Assembly (NCBI RefSeq): GCF_036321535.1
Contig: NC_087437.1
Span: 94,490,001-94,554,000, forward strand
Direction: 5' to 3'
Length of the DNA stretch: 64,000 nt
Origin: Camelus dromedarius
Taxonomy: Eukaryota
Positions within the stretch are counted from its first letter, which is position 1. Each line of letters opens with the position of its first letter. The position numbers were made by a program, and so were the translations under genes. Shown one piece after another: positions 28,545 to 41,655 of the stretch. A model generated the notes under the pieces. That model had not been told where the DNA came from. It worked only from the letters and a program-made list of their open reading frames with translations, and searched no databases.

Positions 28545-28822
28545 TATATTTTAATTATGGTAAAACATACATAAAATTTACCATTTTAACCATCTTTAAA
28601 TGAATAATTCAGTGGCATTAAGTGCATTATTGTTGTGCAATCATCACCACCATCCATTTCCAGACTTCCATTTCACAAAATTGAAAATCCATACCCATTA
28701 AATAATAACTCCCCATTTATTCCTCCTCCCAGCCCTTGGCAACCACCATTCTACTTTCTGTTTCTATGAATTTGACTACTCTGGGCATCTCATGTGAGTG
28801 GAATCATACGAGTTTGTCCTTT
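28545..28822 (-). mobile_element. L1MB-like 3' end
   Basis: aaaatttaccattttaaccat..cagtggcattaagt..ccagcccttggcaaccaccattctactttctgtttctatgaatttgactactct. Confidence 0.8.
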
Positions 28823-31800
28823 GGTTTGTCTTTGTCAGAGAGATAGTACAGAACTGAAAATGATCACGTCTTGAAAGATATAAGGCTTAAAATTAAAGTG
28901 ATTCTGGGTCAGAAAATGTCCCTACCTTGACCAGTGTAGAAAATTGAATAAACATAATACCAAAGAAAGACTAAAGAGCTCATACTTATTACAGACACAT
29001 TTTGGATAAAGAGGTATTTGTGGACCACACAATAAAGCTCATTATAATTTTTACAAGAAAATATAATCCAGATTTCCAAATAACCAACATTTAAGCATAT
29101 TCATGTAACACAGTTTAGTTGTGTACTGAGGACTAGCCATACTCGACATCATGAATATTTATTTTCAATTTTTGTGAAGAATATAATTCACATAGTTATT
29201 TGATGCAATTAGACTAATTGAGCAATACAGTACCACATACATACAGCATAAATGTGATTTAGCTTCAAGATTCTGTTTAGTTTTAAATCCTCTGAGACTT
29301 TTATTACACAGGCACTTTTATAATGACTGTAAATATTCAACATCCTGGGTATGACAAACGTGTCTTAGGGCCATAAAATATCATGTTCAATTAGATGCTT
29401 CTCTCCTGGGAGTGCAGTGTACATGAGTATGCATTCGAACAGATAGCCTGAGTGAGGAAGAATTTATTTTAGAAATTAAAAGCTATTTAAAATAGTTTCC
29501 AGTTCTACAGCTTGTTAAATTGCCATGTTTATCTAAATTCAGTTTCATCAATAAACAATTCAAGAAGCACTGGCAAAAATAAGAAATGAATGCAGCTGAA
29601 TCCACTGCACAGTGAAAATAAAAAAAAGAAAGAAAATGGAAAATAAATAATCAAGTTTTTAATCAAAGACAGTTTTATAATACAAGGAGTGAAAAATAAA
29701 TATCTTGGAATTTTTCTGTTACTGAGAAGGGAATTCTCAGTATTCTCAGCAATCAGTATATTTTGAAATCTGCTAACTATACCCTTACATTTATCTTATT
29801 CTTTTGATTTTTTTAACTTAAATTTAACAGCCCATCAAATGAAGAAAACATTGATATTCAATGAGTAATTTAAAATCTGGAGAGTAACAGGTTTGTCAGA
29901 TGTAGATTTTTCAGGTCACTGTAACACTTAATAGTATTAATATTATAAATAGATATTATTTTACAATTTACTCATAAGGATAAACACTTGTATTAAGAAA
30001 TTTAAAATGTACTTACATGAATGATAATTAAGGAAATCTTTGACCCATGTGGTAAAACTATTCCAGTTTTCACTGTTTTTAGTAGTAATATTATTTTTAG
30101 GTTCCACTGTAATTTTTTTAATGACAATTATTGAAAAATAGAAAAGTAGTGATAAAATTAAGTATACAATATTCTGAATTAATATTAAGGAAATTCTATC
30201 TGGAATCACAGTGAGGACAATCATGGGATTTTGTGTACTCATGGTAACATATATAAAAATAGTTGATGTATCTTTTATTGCTGGTGCTGCAATAAATAAA
30301 GAGCAGTTAGTAAAGCAATATCTTATTTCAAAAAATCAATATTATTTCAGGAACACATTGTGGTGTTTTTATCCTTCATCAAGAATACGTTTTCCTTGAA
30401 ATTGCTGAGTTGTAAAATGCTTTTAATCTTGAAAAATGTAAGAGAACTGATATGAATAAAAACAGAAGCCCTAAATGACCCAAAAGATTGAAATCTGGCA
30501 GGCATAAGATCACAGGTGACCAGTGGTAACAGGTTCCAGTGGAAAGGAGGTGAAAAGGTGTCCAGAGGGGTCACGAGGCTGACTGAATCAGCAGCCATAT
30601 GAAAGGATCACAAGCTAAGAAATGCATTAAAGCAGACCAGGTGGATTTCACAGATGGTGGGAAGACTGACATAAGCAGAAGGGTATTCATGACTGATGTA
30701 TAAAAAATGACTTGGATTCGTGAGTTACAGTGTTCGAAAAAGACTATTTCATGAGGGAGAACACATGAAGGAACTGAAGCCTTAGAAAAGACTGTGGCTT
30801 AGGTGAAGAATAACTGCTACTGTGAAGAGGCCCAAAATTTTGTGTGTTTAGGATTTTAGAAAATAACCTAGTAATAGTTACCTAGTCTCAATATTTCAGT
30901 AAGAATATATAGAGGAAAGCTCCAGCGTTAAAGAATGAACCATGGAATCGTTGTTGAGTGCAGGGTAGTGGTGTTCCTGAGAAGGTGGTGGTAGCTGACA
31001 CACATAAATTCTAGGTGGAGATCCTGTGTCTGTCCTGTTTTGACAATTCTATTGAGAAGAAAAGTGACCACAGTAACAGATGGCTTCTAAGTCTTGCCTG
31101 GTCAGTCACGTTCTGCAGCTCCAGGGTCCTCACTTTTGGTCACAATTCTCAGTGGACTTGTCACTACATTCGCTGATATGACTTATTTGTTGGTCCTCTA
31201 TTTTAGATGCTTAGCATAAGATCTAGTGTTGACACCACAAGTTCTTGCTTTCTATTCCTACTTTAAAAAAATCAAATACAAATCACAAAATGATACCATA
31301 TTATTTGATGTAATGTTTGAAACTGTACTCACATGTAATCTCAAAGTTTAGGTGCCTATCAAAGTATTATGAAATGATAGACTTGATTTGGGGCAGTTCT
31401 CTAACATTAAAAAGTTCTTGGATAGTTTGGTCTCATTATCTAGCTTCAGTAGTTGATTAATTATAAAACAGAAAGCAGGAAAAGCAGATAATCAAGTACT
31501 AAGTTGAGGTTTTGCCCATGCTATGCCAGAGGAAAATTCTCCAAGCAAATGTGACTTGACTAAGTTACCAAAGACAGTCCAAAGATAGCAGAACTTTATT
31601 AGGCAAAGAGGGAATACACTGGCTATTCTTGAGGAAGGAAAAGTCAGAGAAAAGATATTGCTAGGAAATAATAAGGGAAAAAAAGAGGAGACTGAAAGGA
31701 GGAAAAGTTAAAGCTGGTCTGATGGATAAAGAGTCCTGATGGAAGAGTACTGAGTGGCAAATAAGTCTGGATAAACACAACAGAGGTCAATTATGGAGAC

Positions 31801-31994
31801 CTTTACTGTGCCTCCAGCTTAAACTTGATGGGATGAGCACTTAAAGGACACTGTATAAAGTTTTTGGAGAGAAAATGGTATATTGAAATCAAGCTTTTAT
31901 GAAGCTTTTCCTGAATTTATGAGACAGATATATTTTGAGGGAGCTAGGGCTGTAAAGAAGCCCATGTTAAAGCCATGTGTAAGAAGAGCTACGT

Positions 31995-32430
31995 CGACAG
32001 GAAAAAATCCTAATGCCCATCAATAGGAAAAGAGGTAAGTAAATTGTGGTATATTCACATAGTGGAATATTATGCAGTATAAAAATACACTAAACTACTG
32101 TTACTGAAGGTGTCCTGAATAAGCCCCACAGACATTATACTGTAACGTAAATCACATATGAGCACATAGGATTTAGTTTATATAAAGTTCAAGAACAGGC
32201 AAAACTGAACATGAGAAGTAAAAATAGCAGTTTCCTGAAATAGAAGTGAGAATCGACTGGAAAGGAGCATGAAGGAAACTGCTAAATATAGGGAATATTT
32301 TATATCTTGCTCAGGGTAGTGGATACATACATAGCAAAAGTTTATTGAGCTGCATACTTAAGATCAGTACTTAGGTATATACTTTATACGTATTATATTG
32401 CATATGTTTTACTCAATGTATTTTAAAAAC
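31995..32430 (+). mobile_element. Old L1 (L1ME/MD-like) 3' end
   Basis: aatgcccatcaatagga..aaattgtggtatattcacatagtggaatattatgcag..ataaagttcaagaacaggcaaaact. Confidence 0.7.
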
Positions 32431-32449
32431 CTCATTGTTTGTATTTACC

Positions 32450-33325
32450 CAATGGATAATGTGGAAGCTAGGCTAGGAACAGAGGAATCAGTTAGGAGGT
32501 AATTGTCACATCCATACAAGAGAAGATGGTGATTTTGTCAAGAGTAGATATAGTGAAGGTGGACGGAAACTGGAAGATTTGATAAATAATTTAGAGATAG
32601 AATCAACAGGACTTAGTGACGGTCTAGCTATGAAAGGGAGGGAGGGAAGGTGATGGAACTCATTGTCTATGAATACCTGGGTGAAACCAATAGAGACAGT
32701 GATGGTTGGGATATGGAAGGTAGGGCAAGGGTAAAATGGTTCTCAGGCATGTGGCATGGGTACCTGGATGGAAGAGCAGGGAAAGACCGGAGAAGCAATA
32801 TATTTAGTTCAGAGATGGGGATAGAGGGGATTTGATCAAGAATTCAATTTTGGACATGTTAAATGTGAGATGTCCCTAAGACGATGACAAGTGAAGATGT
32901 CAAATAATCATTTGGGCACATGAGCCTGAACCTCATGATGGAGAGCTAGACTGCAGAAATACTAGCACATAGAAAATATTTATAGATAGAATTTTCTAGA
33001 AAGAGAAAAAGACCCAGGACAGTCTCTTTAGAGATTTCACTTTTTAAGAGTAAAGTAGAGAAGGAGGAGAAGGAGGGTCCAAAAAATACTCTAAAATGTA
33101 CTGGATTTTAGGAGGAAAGCCAAGAATGAGTAACAGAACAGAGGCCAAGAGAAAGGAGGATTTCCAAAGAACAGGCAGTGACTGAAGAAAGCATGAAGAA
33201 AGTCATTGGCCACATTACTAAGAGAAGCTTCAGCACTGTGATAGAAGTGGAAGTCAGATTGGAGTGGTAGGAAAAATGAAGGGATGTTAAGGCAATGGAG
33301 AAAGTGAAAACAGAGAACTCTTCTA
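32450..33325 (-). mobile_element. L2 LINE fragment
   Basis: cagttaggaggtaattg..gagatagaatcaacaggacttagtga..aattcaattttggacatgttaaatgtgagatg. Confidence 0.7.
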
Positions 33326-33337
33326 AAAAAACTTACA

Positions 33338-33587
33338 TCGGAAACTAGGGGATGGAGGGATAAACTGAGTTCAAGATTTGCAGATATTAATTACTATGTA
33401 TAAAATAGATAAACAACAAGGTCTTACTATATAGCACAGGAAACTATATTCAGTACCTTGTAATGGCCTATAATAACAAAAATACAAAAAGGAATATATA
33501 TATTTCATGTATATATATGAATTACTCTACTGTACACCAGAAATTGACACATTGTAAATCGACTATAATTCAATAAAAAAATAAAAG
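33338..33587 (+). mobile_element. Short L1 3'UTR insertion (lineage-type)
   Basis: aaatagataaacaacaaggtcttactatatagcacaggaaactatattcagtaccttgtaa...aataaaaaaataaaa tail. Confidence 0.85.
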
Positions 33588-34140
33588 AACTTAACTGCAT
33601 AAAAGCCATGAGTGGAATGGAATAAGGAATCAAGCAACAAATACTCTTTTTTTTTTCTTTTTAGTCACAGATTTACAGGTTTTATATATGTTTTCTTTAA
33701 TTGAAATATATTTAACATATAACATTGTGTAAATTTAAAGTATATATTGATTTGATACATTTTGTATTGTCATATGGTTGCCAGTGTATTAATAATTAAC
33801 ACCTCTATCACCACACATAATGATCATTTCTTTTGGGGATTTGGAATAATTAAGATCTAATCTCCTAGCAAGTTTGATGATTATGATACCATATTGTTGT
33901 CAATATTCACTATACTGTGCATTAGATCCCCTTGACCTATTAGTTTACTGTTGCAATTCTATATCCTTAAAGAACATCTCTCCTATTTCCTCATCTCTCT
34001 GCCCCTAATTAACCTCCTTTCTACTCGATTTTTAATGAGTTTGGTTTTTTAGAGTCCACATATAAGTGATATCACACTACATCAAACTTGAAAGCTTATG
34101 CACAGCAAAAGAAACAATCAACAAAATGAAGAAGCAATCT

Positions 34141-34331
34141 TGGAAAACATGGGTTTGAACTGCTCAGGTCCACTTATACACGAATTTTCTCAATAGTAAA
34201 TACTACAGTAATACTTGATCCATAGTTGGTTGAATTTGTGTTTACAGAGGGTCTGCTGTAAGTTATACTTGGATTTTCAACTGCACAGAGGGTCAGTGTC
34301 CCGAAACCCCCAGGTTTAAGGGTCAACTATA
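34141..34331 (-). mobile_element. MER8 (TcMar-Tigger) element, left TIR truncated
   Basis: gggtttgaactgctcaggtccacttataca..gttatacttggattttcaactgcacagagggtcagtgtccc..aagggtcaacta. Confidence 0.75.
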
Positions 34332-34361
34332 TTTAGATTTTACTGATAAAACTTACTTTGC

Positions 34362-34610
34362 TTGAGCCATCTTGGCCTTCTTGATGCTCTTCAAAAAAAT
34401 CAAGCTTCTTCAGAGCCATTGCAATTTTTGTTCTTTCTGATTGAAATGTGCTTCCCCAGACTTCTCATTACTGGCTTACATCATTTAGGATTCTACACAA
34501 CATCACTGCCTCAGTTTTTTTTTTTTTTTTTTGTGGCTGTACTATCTAAATAGCACTCCATTATTTTCCATTCCTTTACTCTAATTTTTGTAGCAATTAC
34601 CACTATCTGT
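34362..34610 (+). mobile_element. L2 3' fragment, followed by the first ~40 bp of an MLT1 LTR (34608-34650)
   Basis: ttggccttcttgatgctcttcaaa..tgaaatgtgcttccccaga..tatctaaatagcac..tagcaattaccactatctg; then tgttaatggaccgaatcatgtgtcc..atatgttg. Confidence 0.55.
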
Positions 34611-35221
34611 TAATGGACCGAATCATGTGTCCGCTTAATTAATATGTTGGAAAAAAATGAAAAGGCAGTCTACAGAATGGGAGAAAAATTTTGCAATCCA
34701 TATATTAGGTAAGGGGGGTTAATATCCAAATAAATAAGGAACTCAACAACTGAATAGCAACAACAACATATATGATTAAAAATGGGCAGCAGAATATTTT
34801 TCCCAAGAAGACATCCATACAGATACATGAAAAGATGCTCAACATTGCTAATCGCTGACTAAATCCTAATCAAAAACTACAATGAGATATCACTTTACAC
34901 CTGTTAGAATGGCTGTCATCAAGAAGACAATAGGTAACTGTGGGCAAGGATGTAGGTAAAAGGGAACCGTTATAAACTGATGGTAGGAATGAAAATTGGC
35001 TCGTCCACTATGGAAAACAACATGAGGGCTCCTCAAAATATTAAAAAATGGTCGACCATATGATCCAGCAGTTCCACTTCTGAGTATATACACAAAGGAA
35101 ATGAAAACAGGATGTTAAAGAGATATATGTATCCCACGTTTACTGCAGCATTATTACAACAGCCAAGATACGTAAGTGACCTAAATGCTCGTCAACCGAT
35201 GAATGGGTAAAGAAAATGTGA

Positions 35222-35302
35222 TCTCTCTCTCTATTTATATATATAGATAGATATATACCTATCTCATATATATATATAAGTATATATATATATATATATA
35301 TA
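35222..35302. repeat. Compound (CT)/(TA)n microsatellite within L1
   Basis: Seen directly. Confidence 0.85.
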
Positions 35303-36656
35303 TGAAATATTTAGCCATGAGAAAAAGAAGGAAATTCTGCCATTTTCTACAACATGGATAGACCTTGAGGACATTATGCAAAGTGAGATAAGACAGAGAA
35401 AGCAACAAATACTTTTGACTGTTATTTTTTATTTGTATTGTGTTTGCAGTTGTGAGGTAGCAGAGTATGTCTGAACGCTGCTGGAAATAATTGACTCAAG
35501 AGGAAAAGACAGAAAAGAGATGACAGTATTGGCTTGAACAAAATAGAAAAATAGGTATTTGTGTTGGGATAGCATTTTGTAGAAAAATGACCATAAAATA
35601 AGAAGGCTAAATAATGATTTTTCAGGGGTTATTTTACTGCACAAAAGATAAAGTAGGTAGAAAGTAATGAACTCTATCTGGTACTGGGGAGCGGGGAATC
35701 ATCTCAGCATAAATATTAATCTTTGATCTAATTATCAGGAGAGAATCATGGACTTGAAATTTAATTTTGCAAATTCTATTTAACTGTGTGTTTATTTTGC
35801 AAAAAAAAAAAAAAATTACTCTTTATACCTTGAAGCTCAAACCACTTCCTGGATTTAAAAGTGACTAAAATAGAAAAACATTTAACTAAATACCTACTAT
35901 TTCTATGATCTTGCTATTGCTAAAACTCACTATTTTACCCTTGATTGCTTTGTAATATTTCACTATTTGGAGAGATAAGAAACCTTTCAAATGCTTTAGC
36001 TCAGTGTACAGATGTGGAGGCGTGTAATAATTACCTTCAAGTAATTATCATATCCCAATTTTAACTGGAAAACGTATGATATGTGCTTTCCTTCTACTTC
36101 CTGTAGCTATTTTTTGTTCTGATTTTTTTTTTCCACCTCTGCACTAATCAGGTTTTCTTTTTCTCTGATCTCAAGTCCTAAAATAAAGGTACCTGCAGGA
36201 CCAAAAATATTGAATTAATGGCAAATAGAGACAAAATGTGGCAAAATGTAAAAGCAATCAAAAGAAACACTATTGCAGCTGCCAAATAGTCATCTTTTTA
36301 TCTTTAAAATGAAAATTTTCTTTAACCTGTTGTGTATAACTTGCTGAAATTCAGTGAGCTTTCATTCTTCAGTAGACGAATCCCTTTTCTGATCATCCTT
36401 TGGTAATGGAGTGCGTTGTTTTTGTTTTGTGTTAATATGTTCCTCTTTTAACCTTATCCTCTGTCATTTTACACAAGTAGTCACTAGGCCAGTAGGAACT
36501 ATCTAAGGGAACTGGGGAAAGCATTCAATACATGTCAGTGTATGTTTCATTGACATAGGGAAGCCTCTGGTCATTTTCTTTGCCTATCTAGATTGCCACA
36601 ATTTGGCAGTCACCCTGGCAATATACTAATCAAATGACATATTTACTTAAAGAAGA

Positions 36657-37186
36657 ATAAGGACCTGAGTGGTCCTAGGATGGTCACCTCATATTCACCC
36701 CTTTGGTGAGTAAGAGGCTCTCACCATAGAGATTTAGGGATGGTTGAACACATGGCGTCAAACACTAGACAGATGAGAGCAACAGTAATTCATCACTCAC
36801 ACTCACAGCCCAGCAGAAGAAGACACCACATGCCATGCAGCGTCACATGGGGGTTGCACTCTGGAACGGAGTGGAGGATGGAGTGAAGGACCAGAGTCTG
36901 TGGGAGGCTAGCTTCGTGGTATCAAGAGGGTGAGATGCCCTTTCTCCCAGGAGGGTGATTGGCTTGTATGAATAATTCCGTAAGCTGGCTGGGTAACGAA
37001 ACCTGGCCCTCAGAGATAAGCAGGAACTGTGACTGGTCCCCTCGGTAAGGAAGGTGTTTGCTTAGAGGACCTTATTCACAGGAGTAAAGTGGGGAGGGAA
37101 ACTGCAGTCCGGCCACTTGAGGCCATCCCAATTTCACCAGATGTCAAGGCAGCACACAATATTGGGTCTTAATTTTAGGCCTTAGA
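36657..37186 (-). mobile_element. ERVL-class solo LTR (MER76-like)
   Basis: The reverse complement begins taaggcctaaaattaagacccaatattgtgtgctgccttgacatctggtgaaattggg, matching the remembered MER76-type LTR start. GC-richer ~530-bp block. Confidence 0.6.
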
Positions 37187-38660
37187 TTATATATGACAAC
37201 ATGACATAGCAAGTAAAGGCCAAGGATATGATAGAGAATCACACACAGAAGTAGTCAGGAGTTCAGCTAAGTGTGCATACATGTGCACTTGAAGATAAAG
37301 GGTCCTGCACTTATGACTAATATCTTTATTAGAAGAGTTGAGCCAAATTCTAACATCCCAAAATGTTAAAATTTTGCTTTTTCCAGGATAATAGATAGCA
37401 TCATTATAGTCACACAAAGAAGATTAAACTGCCTGAACCTCCAACTGAACCTGTTTTTATTTTCGGTTGGTTGTTTTAGATGTGCTGTGGTGAGAAGTTA
37501 TTTTTGTGGCTTTCATTGATTTTATGATGAAATGTCTGCTCTATTGTTAAAATCATAAATTACTTCTTTAGGATCGTTCATAAGATTTCATTAGTCAAAT
37601 AAATGAAATTAATTTACAATCCAACTGCATTCCCCTCTGGGTAGAAGGAATGACCAGGTCTTTCTAGGTAGCCTTCGCATCAGCCAAGCTCTGTAGCTCA
37701 AACATCATTTGGTTAGTAATTAGGTGTTTTATCAGATTCTTGCTGAAAAGGCATGAGACAGTTATCTGCCACAATTATCTTTGAAAATTGAATCCTCCAT
37801 TTCTGGTCCTGCTGAGGACGTTTCAAAGAAACACTGAGTAGTTTAAAGCTAAATGCCTTTCAAAAACCCTTAGCTTCTAGAATGCATGCAACACAATTGC
37901 TGGTCACAGCAGACTTTTTGCCCCATGTTTTGCGCACAGCCTTTTGTGTGTGAACCTTTTTGTTATGAGTCTTTGCAAATGCTGACATCTTAAAATTACT
38001 TTTGGCCTGCTCCTCTGTAACTTCATTGATACATTTCTTACTAAAATATTGCTAATATTCTGTCTGAAATTTAATGTTTGCTTTTTCTGTTCCCTCTCTG
38101 CTGTGATATCTTCATAAACGAATCTAACACAAGTGAAAGCAATTGCTGAGATTGAATAGGCTGTATGTGCATTTCAGATAATGATATTTCTTAGAGCAAA
38201 TTTAGAGCAATTTGCTCTAAAGCAATCTGAAAATTTGCAGCTCATTTAAGTATTAATGTGCAATGTACTCACAGCTTGGAAATTAATATTGAGCTTTAAT
38301 ATGAATAGCTGTAAAAAACATAATCATTTAGGCACTAAAAAAAATCAAACCCGAAGTAGTAGATTTTAATTTAAATGTCACATCCATTTAAAAATGATGC
38401 TGTGACTCATCTCCCAGTAGAACTGAACCAATTTTAGGTCCCCATTCACATTCAAGGCAGTGCGTTTAAAATCAATTTGTTTAGAAAATAAAAGCAAATA
38501 ACAATGAAAACTGAGATTGGTTTGCTGTGGTTAATTTTGGTGAGTAATACTGGTTTCTGTAAACATTCTCTGTCTTAACCACCATGATTTCTTGCCTAAC
38601 ATAATGGCCATTTTCATAGACATGGACTTTTTGAATGTTACAACTTGTGTGTGTGTACTT

Positions 38661-38862
38661 TTTTTTTTTAACTGAAGTATATCAGTTTACAATATTGTGT
38701 CAATTTCTGGTGTACAGCATAATTTTCAGTCATACATATACGTACATGTATTTGTTTTCATATTCTTTTTTGTTATAGGTTTACTGCAAGATTTTGAATA
38801 TCGTTTCCTGTGTTATACAGGAGAAATTTGCTTTTTTAATCTATTTTATATATAGTAATTCA
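38661..38862 (-). mobile_element. ~200-bp L1 3' end with TSD TGTGTG(T/C)GTACTT
   Basis: Poly-T plus aactgaagtatatcagtttacaatattgtgtcaatttctggtgtacagc. Duplicated flank at 38648-38660 and 38863-38875. Confidence 0.85.
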
Positions 38863-38929
38863 TGTGTGCGTACTTCTGTGTTTTCTGCAAGTACATTAGT
38901 TCAGATGCCTATCACTGTGTTCATATTAT

Positions 38930-39620
38930 TGTGTTCGTTCAGCCATCCCTTAATTCAACAAATATTTAGTGTTTGCTACACGGCAGGCATAATGCTGGAA
39001 CTGTAGACTATTACAGTAGTGACCCGTGCAGCCTCGTGGTGGGTCTCCAGATTTTCCCACTTCATGTCTATGATTCACAGAGTTTTATCCTAGAAACCAC
39101 ATTTGTTTAATTCATTCTTCTGATTAAACATTTTTTTTTGCACACAAAGCCTTTTGCATTTCAGCCTAATTCTATTTTTTCAGCTTCCTCTCCAGTCACA
39201 GCTTCACACATGTATGTCATCTGAAATGCCATCCAAACAAAATCATTTACTGTTCTTTAAACAAATAGACTCTTTCCTGCATGCTTTTGCACAGTTTGTA
39301 CTTCTGTTTAGAATTCCATTCTTCTCCAGTCCTAAACTCTTTTGGCTTGATCAACAACTGTTATCCCTTCAAGATCCCTCTGAAATGTTTATATCTGTGG
39401 TGAACATTTTCCAATTTACCAGAAACCTGATTGCCTTGTTCCCTCTTTGATCTCATAGAACAAACACACTATTTAAGCTCTGTTATAGAAATTACCACGA
39501 TGTATTTAATCTATCTGGGTCTGCTTCCTTCTGCAAATTATAAACTCTCCCTGGGCAAGGACTATGTCCTATTTATGTTTGAATCTCAGGATGACATATC
39601 ATAGGTTCTCAAATATTATT
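38930..39620. mobile_element. L2 fragments (antisense 3' end ~38930-39010; sense fragment ~39080-39620)
   Basis: attcaacaaatatttagtg; ataaactctccctgggcaaggactatgtc..ataggttctcaaatatt. Confidence 0.55.
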
Positions 39621-40521
39621 AAAAGATTAAAATAAGGTGTGTGAATATAGTCATTTTAGGATACTTTTGGGTGTATTCTTGTTTTGTATTGTTTTCAGAG
39701 AAAGTAATAGTGAGATCATATTTCATTAAATATACTTTTTTAAAAATCTCATCGGATATTTTAAATTGCAGTGTCGCTGGCTTTAATGAAAGTCTTGGTC
39801 TCTAAAGTAAAAAATTTAAAAAAAGTCACCAGACATTCCTTTTCAATGAGATTAAACAGAATTATCACAACAACACTCTTTGAAAGCTGAGGATGTTCAG
39901 AAGAGAACTAACCTCACTTGCTGTACAGTTGGTTTGTTGTTAATTCCAGGAATTGCCAGCTCAGCGTGCTTGTGTGCTAAACCAACTGTTGGGTTTCTCT
40001 CATTTTCTTTCATTCTTATGCTCTCTCATTCTCTGCCCTCTCTACTTAAGTGTCAAGTCAGACCAGCTTCATCTGTAACTTTTCTTTGACCAAACCAACG
40101 CCCAGACAATTTCCTCTATTTCTGTTACCAGTGCTGCGATGAATCTAACTTATCAAAGGCAACACTTACTCTAGAATAGTGAGGCTATTGATGTTTATTA
40201 CCATGTACGTTACTTGAAAGATGATACTTCCCAGAAGAATGTCTGCAACTGTATTCACTTTCAGCTAGAATGACCAAACGTCGTGTGCCCCACTCATTTT
40301 CATCAGAATGATGAAATGAAAAATATGATTGAAGGTCAAATGGGCACAGGATTCATCTGACTGAGCCAATGTGAGCACAGCATTTTGAAAATTGCTTTTG
40401 TTTGAAAATTGCTTTCCTTTTGTCTCTGTGTACATGAGTATACTTTTAAGGAATCATCTTTGTGAATTTGAACATTCATTTTGAAAAGAGTGCCTGATGC
40501 AGACAGTTTTCATTTTAGCTA

Positions 40522-40551
40522 CAAAAAAACAAAAAAACAAAAAAACAAAAA
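40522..40551. repeat. (CAAAAAAA)n simple repeat
   Basis: Three and a half 8-bp units, seen directly. Confidence 0.85.
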
Positions 40552-41520
40552 CCCGGTAGCATCGTCTTCATATTAAACCTTTACGTTTTGTATCTTTACA
40601 TCTAGAATTTCTTTACATTAAACAATCTTTTAAATTTATTTATTCGTAGTACAATTCCACTAATAGAAGAACACAATCTTTTTTTTTAAACAAGTTAGAA
40701 AACTTAAGTTGCCTGAGGCAATCCTATAATTAAAGTGAAAAGAAGATAAAATCTCCTTTTTGCTGTCTTTACCTTTGCCTCTATGTTGGCAATACTAATG
40801 AACTTCACTATGTTTAGGGTGAGAAATTGATTTGAACCTTTCTGCATTTACTGCTGTGCTTTTTTTCTGCCTCTTCCCCTAAGGATTTGTGCAGTTTAAT
40901 TTGCCATTGATTCTTTAATGATTATGGTAGCTACAGTAGAGAAACTGGTGTTTATCTTCATCATACCCTGTGGATAGCACATTATGTTTATTTTTATATA
41001 TAACTGCATTTCCATCATTATGATAACATTGTCTAGCCAGTGGTTGACAACCATCTCACTGTCCTTATTATTGATTTTATATTTTAATCTTGAAATGCAT
41101 ATATGAATTCTTGTAATGCGCGATAGTAAAATATCTAACCCAAAAGTCACACTAGCATAGCTAAGCCACCGATGAAGTGTCAGCTTCAGCATGCTGAAAG
41201 GAGACTAAACATTGAGTAGAACTTTCAGTGACCATGAATTTGACTGTCTTCAGGCTACTCAGAGTACTTTACTTGATGATGTCAATCAGTAATTTGAATA
41301 CCCCATGTGCAGTGTTTTAAGAACTATTTGATGCTTCTGATTCTCATTTTGTAGCAATAAAACAATTATTCGCCCTTTCTTTGTGCTGATTCTCCTAAAA
41401 TTATAGCATAGTAACATCTTTAGCACACAAAGTGGGTAGGGGAGATGATGAAGTTCACTTTTTATGCTAGTTAGTATTATTTCTTTCAATGTTTTTCTTT
41501 TAAGAAATATTAATAATCCA

Positions 41521-41655
41521 AGGGGGGAGGGTATAGCTCAAGTGGTAGAGCATATGCTTAGCATGCATGAGGTCCTGAATTCAATCCCCAGTACCTTCTC
41601 CAAAAATAAAGAAATAAATAAACCTAATTACCTCCCTCCCAACAAACAAACAAAC
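41521..41655 (+). mobile_element. tRNA-Ala(AGC)-derived camelid SINE (Vic-1 type) with 16-bp TSD AAATATTAATAATCCA
   Basis: ggggagggtatagctcaagtggtagagcatatgcttagcatgcatgaggtcctgaattcaatccccagtacc: A box, AGC anticodon loop, degenerate B box. (AAAC)n tail. Perfect TSD at 41505-41520 and 41656-41671. Confidence 0.9.

Larger units (their letters stand above)
33646..35399 (-). mobile_element. 5'-inverted L1 (antisense 3'UTR 33646-~34075; inverted ORF2 end ~34076-35399) with perfect 14-bp TSD AAGCAACAAATACT; contains a secondary insertion at 34141-34653
   Basis: Poly-T at 33647-33662. TSD at 33632-33645 and 35400-35413. The two arms are adjacent in L1 consensus order but oppositely oriented. Confidence 0.8.

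Noticed and set aside
31505..31640. Possible LTR fragment
   Set aside because: Vaguely LTR-like start, but I could not assign a family, termini or TSD.
41523..41598. tRNA-Ala(AGC) gene
   Set aside because: Degenerate B box, SINE tail and 16-bp TSD show it is a retroposed SINE.
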